Of a stretch of 64,000 nucleotides of DNA, positions 53,780 through 64,000 are shown one piece after another. Both the position numbers and the translations under genes were made by a program. Location of the stretch: NCBI GenBank assembly GCA_973895155.1, contig OZ316896.1, positions 15,934,576 through 15,998,575 on the forward strand, read 5' to 3'. The notes below the pieces were generated by a model. The model saw nothing but the letters and a program-made list of their open reading frames with translations. It searched no databases and was not told where the DNA came from. Origin of the DNA: Marsupella aquatica. Lineage: Eukaryota; Plantae; Marchantiophyta. How positions within the stretch are numbered: position 1 is the stretch's first letter; each line of letters starts with the position of its first letter.

Positions 53780-55410
53780 GAGAGTGGTGACAACACTTCT
53801 TTAGAGACCAAGAGGAAGGGAGAGAGTGTAGTCCATGGGATTTGATCAAAAGCAAGGATGAAAAAATAGTCGACAGACTTGATCAAAAAATGCATTTCCG
53901 AGAACGGAAACGAATCTACTCCTTTCCGGTGTGAGGAAGTCCAAATAGCATCCCTCCACATCCCCAAGATACAATTAAAACGGTATTTGTTGTGAAACAT
54001 GGAAAATATACATGTTTACCATTTGATAAACAGATGACACCTTGGCTATGGATGAGGTGAATATTTTCGAGATGTTTGGTTGATGATAGTGATGTCTTGC
54101 AAACCTTGATGTTCTACTTGGACTTGACAATCTAGTGATGATCCTGCCCTTGTCTGCCCACCTCCATTGTTTGGCTGCATAGAGAAAGTTGTTGTACCTA
54201 CATGCATTTTTGAGCTCCATAGGAGCTCTATGAAGTTTTTGACAGTCTTTCATGCTCAGGTGTGAAGCCTTGCATGGTCTGCCATCTCAATGGGAGGTCC
54301 TTCCAATCGCTGTCCTCTCGAGACCAGCCATCATCAATTATTCTCATTCCGAGCTTCCCACAAAGGGCAGTAATCTCTATCAGGTCTTCATCCCGGGTCT
54401 TCATTCGGGAGCGAGTTAAACCCTTCCAAGCAGCAAAGAGTGTCGTTGATACTCCGGCGAGCTGGGGTCCCCAACCGCCCTAGAGCAAAGGAAAGGTGGG
54501 CCCACACCAATTTCTAGCAACGCCACAGCCCCCCAATGTATGGCAATCCACTGAAGGACCGTGGAGAGCACAAGAGCAATAGGTCCTGGAAAGTGTATTT
54601 GTTCCTGCGAATAGCTTTATAGTTAAGCCATCCCATCAAAGACAAGTTAGCCTCTAACATTCAAGCCTATATTATATCCGGAGAGATCAAAGCCTTGGTA
54701 AACCATTGTGAAGTAGTAGAGCATCAGAGTGGCTACAAAAGTCTTTGAATCCAAGGCCCCCTTCAACTCTGGGGAGAGACATCTTAGCCCACGTAACCAA
54801 TGGAACCTTCCTGCCCCCAACGGGATTGTATCCCCATAGGAAGTCTCGACTAAGGGCAGTCAGCTTCTTAGCCAGCCCTGTAGAGGACTTCAAATATATC
54901 ACATGATAAATTGGGATTGCTTGCAAGACGTGTTTGACTAGTAACGATCTGCTAGTGAATGAAAGCAGCTTGTTGGTCCAAGCCGACAATCTCAAGCTAA
55001 TCCTATCCAAGCAAAATTGGTGGAGTTGTTCAGTGAGCAAGTCCACCCCTAGTGGCACCCCCAAGTATTTTTGGACCTCTCCTCTCCCATTGATAAGGCA
55101 GCCAGTATTCCAGAGCCATTTGGGCACCGTCTCTATGGCCAACGAGATCATCACAGACTTCTCTAGGTTCAACTTTGCTTCCAAGGCCATCTCGTAGCAT
55201 CCTAAAGCCTGTATAGCATTATCAAAATCCTTAAGGCGGGATGAACATACCAACGTCATCCACAAAAAGCCGACAGCAAATGGTGAGATCATTTGTGATT
55301 TGCAGACCACAAAGTCTACCCCCTCCATCTACATCTAGGAAGTCCATCAAGGGTTGTGTGGATATCACAAAAAGGAGCAGTGTGAGCGGCACCCCTGCCT
55401 AAAGGGTCCC
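53780..55410 (-). mobile_element. LINE (L1-type) ORF2 reverse-transcriptase fragment, 5'-truncated and decayed
   Basis: RQG motif and LLFVISTQPLMD near 55400, KLNLEKS, KYLGVPLG, RSLLVKHVLQAIPIY, RDFLWG, LVTWAKMSLPRVEGGLGFKD. Lower boundary approximate. Confidence 0.88.
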
Positions 55411-55594
55411 CGACTTTGTGTTTGATTTAGAAACTACCAAAGAAGGAGATGTGCCAGAAGAACTGGAAGGACTACTGAGGCACTTAAGCCGGTCAATAAT
55501 GAACCGTTAAGTTGATCAATGATGAAGGACCCGTAGGAGCAAGTACCAATATTGGGAATGTAAATACTATTGAGAAAATACCTAATTTAGATAT

Positions 55595-56763
55595 GGGGTA
55601 GCAAGGATCATCAATTATCAACCACTGATAAGTGATATCAGTCGGTGATATCATTTATCAATTTTTTTGCCCTTAATTTCTTTAAATCTCAATTGAGTAG
55701 CCAAGATCCCTAGGCCCCCACTCCTTTCTAATACGGGGAGGATGTGAGAACCGTTTAAGGCTCATTTTTATCCCTTCGCCAATAATTTTTATAATTCGCT
55801 TAGAATTTTGCAACCTCCGCATATATACCGAAACCACTTTGTAATTTTGCAAGATCCCTTGAAATGACATCCTTCTTACTTTTGCGGAAGGGTAAATCAA
55901 TAGGTAGCAACACGCTGCATCATATTGTTGGTACACGTGTCAAATTGCAATTGGTACACGTGTATTATCCTTAAGTATCCATATCTCCTTCATAGATTAA
56001 AATGTTAATACTGGCAGCTATGCTAAGCCAGAAAAGTTTTGAAGGGAGGATTGGGGGTGATCCCGGGGGCGATGGGGGATGGACCGGGTGTGTGGAGTGA
56101 AATTGTAATATATGAAGGATAATTATTATTGCCCAAAATTCCCTTTTGTAATACAATAGATACTTTAATAAGAGGAAATTTTTGGTTTTTATAAAAAAAC
56201 AAGGATAATCTCTATAGGAGAAAAATTAATAAGAAGGGGTACCTATGTAGGGGAGGTTCACATGTATGATTGTATAATATACAAAGAGTGAGGGCCCAAG
56301 GGCCAAGATAAGCCTTTGCACTTTTGTGCATCTCAACTGGGCAGCTAAAATTAGCCCAATCTCGGTTGACCTCGCCAAGATAGTCGTACGGACAAATAAA
56401 AATATCCCCAAATTTATTTTCCAAAATTTTCTATAAAAAACAAATTGAAAAAAACTCAAAAATATGCATTCATACTGTACAGACACAACTCATCTCAGCT
56501 TACCTCTCTGAGATGGGGCATCCAATCTCAGCTGGCCTTGCCGAGATGGGCGTCCGTACGGTACGGACGGCCCATAGTGAAAACAAATTCCAACAAAAAA
56601 AATTAAATTTCCTCTTAAATTTTGGTTTTTTTTCTTAAATCCCAATTTTTTTCTTGATCTTTTTTCTCGCTGCAACTCGGCGGTCTCTCTGAGATGATGT
56701 GGCACTGATATCAGGTAAACGTACTGATGAGAATGATTGATAACTAATGATGTAGCTTTACTC
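55595..56763. mobile_element. Non-autonomous MULE, 1169 bp, 9-bp TSD TTTAGATAT
   Basis: TSD at 55586-55594 and 56764-56772; imperfect G-starting TIRs GGGGTAGCAAGGATCATCAATTATCAA and (revcomp) GAGTAAAGCTACATCATTAGTTATCAA. Confidence 0.78.
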
Positions 56764-57510
56764 TTTAGATATTAGACCCAAAATTGGCAACCAGGACAAT
56801 ACAAGTAATCCAATCCTTGGAGACAATGACCTTAGTTGGTGAAGAAACTGAAGAGACTGGTTTAGATTTGGTTATTCCAAGAGACGTGTTTTAAATGTGA
56901 CAATGACAATACCAAGTGGATGATGACGATCATAGTGACAAGGAGGGCACCGATGCTGAGCAAACAACAAGGATTATGATCTCCTGCCAGGAGTAGGGAA
57001 AGTGATCAATGAGTTATGCAACATGCAATGACTCCAAGGAATGCAGTAAGATTGAGTGAGGAGGTATCTTTCACTAGAGAGGTGTCGCTCGCCCATTTGA
57101 TGTCGTAGATATTGTAGTTAGGATTTTGAGTGCATGCTGTAGGGATAAAAACTTTTGCAACATGGCTCTCAAGGCATGTTCTTAGTCAAGTTATATGCAC
57201 CCAAGTTAGAGGCTCATTAGAGATTATATAAGATTCTATATTGGTTGGCTATGTAAAGTACTCAATAAGAATGCACTCGCAATTCCCATGTATATCGTCC
57301 GAATGGAGTTGGATGCAAAGCTTAGCTTGCAAAATGTATAATAAAAATAATTAATAAAAAAGGGTACCTATGTAGGGGAGGTTCACATGTATGATTGTAT
57401 AACATAAAAGAGTGAGGGCCCAGGGGCCAAGATAAGCCTTTGCACCTTTGTGCATCTCAACTGGGCAGCTAAGATTGGTCCAATCTCGGCTGACCTCGCC
57501 AAGATAGTCG

Positions 57511-57931
57511 TGTTGGGTATTTACTCTTACGTCTAGGTTAGGTATGATGTGGTTGGTACAACAACGTGGGTTGGTACAACTACGTGGTTAGGTACAACTA
57601 CGTGATTAGGTACAACTATGTGGTTAGGTACAACTACGTGATTAGGTACAACTATGTGGTTAGGTACAACTAAGTTGCACACTATATCATAAGAGACATG
57701 TGTGCTTGGAGAGGTAGAACCAAGGCTCATTCTTATGGAGCCACTTGAGAGATAGGGAGAGCTTACACTGTGGAGACTCGGTATAGCCGACGGGCTTAGA
57801 GTTCAGTAAAGCTCTCTTGTGTGTTCCCGTGGACGTAGCCTCAAGGAGGTGAACCACGTATCTCTTGTGTCGACTATTGTGCGTTGGATGGTTCATGGGC
57901 TTGCCGTTGCGATCGTCGTCTATGCTCAACA
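57511..57931 (+). mobile_element. Solo LTR (421 bp, copia-like) with 5-bp TSD AGTCG
   Basis: TGTTG...CAACA termini; TSD at 57506-57510 and 57932-57936; empty site at ~56382; GTGGACGTAGCC...GAGGTGAACCACGTA motif shared with the copia LTRs. Confidence 0.92.
57550..57672. repeat. 18-bp tandem array in the LTR U3 region
   Basis: GTT(A/G)GGTACAACTA(C/T)GTG-like unit, about 7 copies. Confidence 0.9.
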
Positions 57932-59686
57932 AGTCGTATGGAAAAATAAAAAATCTCCCCAAATTTATTTTCCAAAATTTTCTAAAAAAAATAATTGAAA
58001 AAAACCCAAAAATACGCATCCGTACTGTACAGACACAGCCCATCTCAACTTACCTCTCTGAGATGGGGTAGCCAATCTCAGTTGGCCTTGCCGAGATGGG
58101 CGTCCGTATAGTACGGACGGCCCATAGTGAAAACAAATTCCAACAAAATTAAATTAAATTTCCTCTTAAACTTTGGTTTTTTTTCTTAAATCCCAATTTT
58201 TTTCCCGATCTTTTTTCTTGCTGCAACTCGGCGGTCTCTCTGAGATGATGTGACACTGATATCAAGTAAACGTACTGATGAGAATGATTGATAACTGATG
58301 ATGTAGCTTTACTCTTTAGATATTATACCCAAAATTGGCAACCAGGACAATACAAATAATCCAATCCTTGGAGACAATGACCTTAGTTGGTGAAGAAACT
58401 GAAGAGACTGGTTTAGATTCGGTTATTCCAATAGACGTGTTTTAAATGTGACAATGACAATACCAAGTGGATGATGACGATCATAGTGACAAGGAGGGCA
58501 CCGATGCTGAGCAAACAACAGGGATTATGATCTCCTGCCAGGAGTAGGGAAAGTGATCAATGAGTTATGCAACATGCAATGACTCCAAGGAATGCAGTAA
58601 GATTGAGTGAGGAGGTATCTTTCACTAGAGAGGTGTCGCTCGCCTATTTGATGTCGTAGATATTGTAGTTAGGATTTTGAGTGCATGCTGCAGGGATAAA
58701 AACTTTTGCAGCATGGCTCTCAAGGCATGTTCTTAGTCAAGTTATATGCACCCAAATTAGAGGCTCATTAGAGATTATATAAGATTCTATATTGGTTGGC
58801 TATGTAAAGTACTCAATAAGAATGCACTCGCAATTCCCATGTATATCGTCCGAGTGGAGTTGGATGCAAAACTTAGCTTGCAAAATGTATGTCTAATGTA
58901 TTGTGTACGTGGTTGAGTGCATTGCTTGAGTTGGCTATAGTCAATACAAAGTTTATCTGAGTTCTTGTGTGTGTTGCATCTAAGTTCTAATTGGAATTGG
59001 CCCATTCAATTCAGTAGTTAGTCAAAGAGCTGGTTGTCAAGTTGAGTGCGTACAAGTTCTAAAAAATCCCTCAAATTGAGTCCTCAAACCGATCAGGTAC
59101 ATTCTGGTGGCAAAATCCAAATATATTAATACAAGTCAAAGAGGATTTAGTGTAGTTATGAATACCATATTCTTAACCCAAAATCAAGAAATATCCAAAC
59201 CTGTAAATGTAGGGTAAAGTGATATTCCCTATTGTTAAATGCATATCTAACAATGTAGTCCAATCTGTTAGAAAGAGGTCTATTCTTGGTGTTTTTCTTG
59301 TGTTTGGTAGAAAGAATCCCACCACAACGCTTGGGAACACTACCATTTTCTTGAGAAAAATTAACCCTTCTTGTTTATGCAGTGAATGTTACAAGCTAGT
59401 GGCATGGGGTGAGGATTAGGCATTTTTTTGGCCCCATAATATGACAAGCTGGTTTAAGCCAACCCCTTTGATTACAAAGGCCCAACCTGGAGTCAATTAT
59501 GGTTTTTGACTAAGTCAAAAAAAGTACCCATTGAAGTATCTGGAAGGTGGATTTGTTCAATCTCAAGTGTACATTGGTATAACAGAACATTTTGTGCAAC
59601 GTTACTTGACAACGGAGACACTAAAGTGTAAGAGAAATTGAATAAATAATTTTCATTTTGAATATATGGTTATCGGCTTGGCACAC

Positions 59687-60817
59687 AATGGTGAACCTTG
59701 CCACCCAGTGCCCTCACCAATCCCAGCACCCATGCCTAGGTGCCCTTGGTGCCCAAATGCCTCCATGGAATACCTCGAGCAAGCAACCTAGTGCCCCTTG
59801 CACCACCAGCGGCCCCTCCCATACGAAGCCGCACTTGCTCTCCAACACGACCGCTACTCAACGGTCCTCATTGTCTGCACAAGCAACCAAGCATCTCGGT
59901 AAGTAACCCTTCACGATCTAGATCTCCCAAGTCTAGTATCATAACTCAAGCTCAATAGACATTGGTAAGTAGGTCAGTGATAGATCCTCCCGATGCCATA
60001 AGCCGGAACCAGAACCGATGCCCATTATTCATCTAGAATAGCTCTTTCCTTGGGCGCAGCCCGGGTTCCCCCTCGTACCTATCCATCACCAACTGACCAC
60101 CCTGCCCCCAGGACATGCTCATGGCCCAAATAGCGTAGCTTGTCCTAAAGTTTGTCACAAGCTTGTCACAAGCTTGTCCCTACACGTCAAGACCAGAATG
60201 GCCCCGACTTTAGCAACCAACTCCCGGTTCTCGCCCCACTGACGGTCTACGGCCAAGTGCCTTGGAACTCAACCTCCATGCCTACTTGGCCTTGCCTCCC
60301 CAACGCAAGCTCCTTGAGAGACTTAACGCGGCTTGGCTGCTCTTTTGGCAGGATTTGGCAAGCGGTGAGATAGCACCCGCAAACCTCAAGAACCTACGGC
60401 GCTCAAGAGGATGTAGCCCTCCTCAAGAGCTTCCAATGCACCCAAGAAGTTTCCCAACGGACTTCTCATTGGGAAATTATCGCCGTTTCCATTTGACATT
60501 TTCTCTTCGTGTTGCGACCGCCGCAGCTCACGACTTCGGCTCTCCCTTAGCCCCCAGAGAGACACCACTCCCCTCGTATATGCTTCTAGAGACCTACCAC
60601 CCTCGGACCAACTTTGGTCCCCAAACTTTTGGCCCACAACCTGGACCCTATCCCTCATATCTGGGTGCGCCACCAACGGCAATGCCCACAACTTCCTAGT
60701 TAGGCGTCCGCAAGCGGAGTGCCTTAGCCCGTTGTGATCGGGCCAACCCAATGCTCATGCCTAGGTCCTCAAATCTTATTGCCGATTGAGGCCCCCGATC
60801 GACCAAACCCGGATCAG
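59687..60817 (-). mobile_element. Older, more diverged LTR of the chromovirus family, interrupted by a copia insertion
   Basis: Colinear with 16208-17335 but clearly more diverged than the LTR pair; begins AATGGTGAACC (cf. AGTGGTGGACC). Confidence 0.9.
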
Positions 60818-61152
60818 TGTTAAGGATTGCTCTTAGTCTTGTGACTCAAAGGTTACGGCACTTAGGCGAACCACAGTTAGGGTCTTAGTTGAGGTTAGGT
60901 TAGTCGTGTGTGACCTTGTATATACCAAGGCTAGTGTAAGTCGCTGGTGTGGTGGTGCTTACTCATTATAATGGAGCAACTTGAGGAAGAGGGGGAGCAT
61001 GTATGTTTGTCTACTCTTGAAGTAAAGCTTGAGTGTTCGTGTGGACGTAGCCTTAGAAAAGAGGTGAACCACGTAGAGATTGTGTTGACTACGTGTGCAT
61101 GAAATGAGTCATGGTTGTATGGTGGTTGCGAAAGACGTCATAGTTCAACAAT

Positions 61153-61164
61153 TGGTATCAGAGC
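61153..61164 (+). promoter_or_regulatory. Primer binding site, tRNA-iMet
   Basis: TGGTATCAGAGC 2 nt after the LTR end. Confidence 0.92.
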
Positions 61165-62914
61165 AAGTCTGGGAGGTGACGTTGAGGTGATCAAAATTTT
61201 CGTGATGTGTTGGTGACGGTTTTTCCAGCGGTTAGAGTCGGTGGATTTCACGGAGTTTCGTTGCATGGAACTTGGAGGTGTTGGGCTCAATGGATAGATC
61301 GAGGCAAGGGCTTTTTGACGGTGCAAAGAAATCCCTTAACGGAATTTTTGTGGTGCGGAGAAATTCATGTTTCCGTTGTTCTGGATTTTTTGTGATTCGT
61401 GTTCGACGGTTTTCTTCGACGGTTCTTTAGGGAGGGATTTGAGATCATTTTCTCGACGGTGTGAGCTTTGCAGTGCATGAGGCGTTGCATGCTATCGCTC
61501 AAATTGTAGATCGGGCAAAGCTGGTCGTTTTGGTACCTAGTTTGTTGACGTTTGCAGAGCGAGTGCGTCGTGACGAGTGGAAGTTGAGTTCTGGATTTTA
61601 GACAAGCTATGGTGCTCGTTTTTCCCTGAACTGGGTTACTCGTCGTGACGTTCGACTCGAAGGAGCACATGCAAAGTGCTAAGGCTCAACGGTGAGATCG
61701 TAGCAAACCAGTCATTTTGAGTCCGAGATTGGCACTTGATGCGGAGTGAGTGAGACGCGGTGGAAGTTTCTATAGCGTTGGAGTTGCCGACAGTGCCGGT
61801 GAAATTTGGCAACTTTATCCCGTCAGTGGTGATCAATTTTCTTGTTGGAAAAGGCGTCGACAAGGTGTGTAATCGACAATTTTTTATTGAGACAAATTTT
61901 TGTTTAAAGCGGTTTTTTTGGGGGGCACTTGTAAACCCCTGCCTGTATTCCACCCCTGCCCTGCATACACCCCCCTCCCTTTAAATGCATCATAGGGCCT
62001 TGTGCCCTCCCTCCTGTATACGTGACAAGCTGCCAGCCCCCCCTCCCCTCGTCTTTAATGATACATAGGGCCTCGTGCCCTTGGCACTTGCTCTCCTCCC
62101 TTCCTTGCTTTAATGTTACATAGGGCACCGTGCCTTATCCACTTTCCTCCCACCTCCTCCCACATTAGCGAGTGCACACTTGGTATTCCTCCCCCCTCTT
62201 TAACTCTACATAGGGCCTCGTGCCCTGCCCCCGTATGCGCCATGTATACATGCGCCATACACCCTCCCCTGCGCACACACTTATCCAATACATTGTATTT
62301 TTTCACTATGGGGCTTAAAGCCCCCCTTTAGGGCCATATTTATTTTTTCCTGCCTTCCCATTGGTTAAGCGGCATCCCGGGACCTGCCGCCCTCCGAATT
62401 AACCGCTCCGATAGGGGGAACGGCCCCCTGTGAGACCTGTTGCACAGTCCAAGGAATATTTTGAAAAAAATAGAGAGCTGTTTTTTGGCCTTTAGTCGAA
62501 GATTCCAAGGTCCAAATGATAACTTTTTTTGAATCTTTTTTGGCGAGGACGTAGCCACTGAAGCTAGCAACTCGGTGCACCACTAGATTTGCATTTCCAA
62601 CGACGGGTGGTACTTGGAATTTTTCTTATTCCCCGAGGTGGTCAAAACGGGGGAGAATTTTTGAGTTTTACCCACCCCGACCGAAACGTGAAAAAGTTTT
62701 TTGTCAAAACTCGGTTTCAATTTCGGATTTCAACGTTGGCTTGCTAGGCTGGTGGGCTATGTAACGGTGACCAGTTTCAAGTTTTTTGGAAAGTTGCAAA
62801 AAACGACATTTTTTTGTGATTTGGATTTGAGTCAACGAGAAGGAAGGAAAAAGTAACAAAAGCATATAGGGAGCAACACAAAAATAGCACGTGGAGAACG
62901 TTGGGAGGGCAACG

Positions 62915-64000
62915 ATGGCATCCAAGTTTGGAGGTGTCAAGTTTGAGGTGGAAAAGTATGATGGGAGCACAGATTATTTGTTATGGGAGAAGCAGGTTAA
63001 AGAATTCTTTGTGCTATGGGCCTAGATCATATGTTTTTGACTCGGGAGGAGTCTAGCAGTGAGGAGGAGATCCCGTTGAGGAAATGGAGGTAGGAGCAAG
63101 TGATCGTTGTGAATGCGGTTATGTTGTATCTGAAGCCGCATATCATTAAGAAGCTGGACGATTACGAGGATTACGTATCCTTATTCAAGGCCCTCAGAGA
63201 GAAGTATTACCGCGAGGATGCCTCAGATCGGTTGTACAAGAAATCTCTCTAGATGAGCTTGAGGCTAAAAGAAGGAGGCAAGCTTCGAGATCACTTGGAT
63301 AAATTCGATAGCCTAGCTGTAGATTTGTCAAATCTTGGCAAGGGAGTGGAAGATGAAGATAAGGCATTGCTTCTTCTCAGCTCCTTACCCCCATCGTATC
63401 AAGGTTTGAAGCAGGTTCTCTTGTATAGAGATCTCAAAACCATTTCATATGATGAGGTGGTAAGCTCTTTGCTGTCAGATGATGCACAGAAGAAACTGGG
63501 TCATACCCAGACACCATCTTCATCTGGCAGTGTGTTGAATGTGAACCGCGGGAGGACTCAACAACGGATGACTAGTGAAAACAGGTCCTTTTCACAATCA
63601 TACCCCTCACGGAATAGAGGCAAGGAGAAGGCTCGGTCTAAGTCTAGATCCAGGTCTAGAGAGAAATCTCTAGAAAGGAAACCAATTATATGCTGGAAAT
63701 GTAACAAGCCCGGCCACATGAAAAGAGACTATCGAGTCAAGCAGACTCATCAACCATCAGCGAACGCAGCCACTGATGTTGATATGATTGACTTGCTTGA
63801 TGATGAAATCTTGTGAAGTCAAGATGTTGCCCTTTGCATTTCATCCAATAACAACGGTGATGAATGGATTTTAGATTGTGCCTGTACCTATCATATTTGT
63901 TGTATGAAAGAGTTTTTTAGTTCTTACTCAATATCAACCGGTTCCATGTTGATGGGGAATGATCATCCTTGTCAAATTGTTGGAATTGAATCCGTGAAAA
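62915..64000 (+). pseudogene. copia gag (MASKFGGVKFEVEKYDG...CWKCNKPGH...DDEIL*) followed in frame by protease (WILDCACTYHIC)
   Basis: Copia gag motifs ALLLLSSLPPSY and a zinc knuckle whose last Cys reads Tyr; lesions in the 5' part of gag; TGA at 63814-63816. Confidence 0.9.

Larger units (their letters stand above)
56222..58890. repeat. ~1.1-kb tandem duplication (56222-57339 and ~57345-58890)
   Basis: Near-identical blocks; copy 2 is lengthened by the solo LTR. Confidence 0.92.
60818..64000 (+). mobile_element. Ty1/copia element (copy 2), 5' part; runs off the window
   Basis: LTR 60818-61150 (TGTTAA...TTCAACA), PBS TGGTATCAGAGC at 61153-61164, ~1.75-kb leader, gag, protease. Confidence 0.92.

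Overview
Eukaryotic land-plant genomic DNA with spliced GT-AG genes and dense transposon content; a bryophyte such as a liverwort is my inference and cannot be proven from the window. Host genes, all on the minus strand: a 6-exon, ~858-aa protein with an N-terminal membrane helix and a C-terminal coiled-coil domain (7351-11299); a decayed chloroplast DnaJ/J20-like gene (28196-29248); a 65-codon basic orphan ORF; and an intact 4-exon glycerol kinase (32008-34797). The rest is a nest of mobile DNA: a full-length Ty3/gypsy chromovirus (16208-24890), two copies of a Ty1/copia family, a Mutator-like (MULE) transposase relic and a related non-autonomous element, a LINE fragment, solo LTRs, MITEs and tandem duplications. 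Three observations stand out. (1) The chromovirus LTRs end in AGT...ACT rather than TG...CA, inside a clean 5-bp TSD. (2) Both diverged copia copies carry the same in-frame TGA between gag and protease, with identical spacing and synonymous divergence downstream, which suggests programmed readthrough or splicing. (3) A TIR element with a 10-bp TSD carries a tRNA-like cassette. All coordinates, counts and identities were read by eye.
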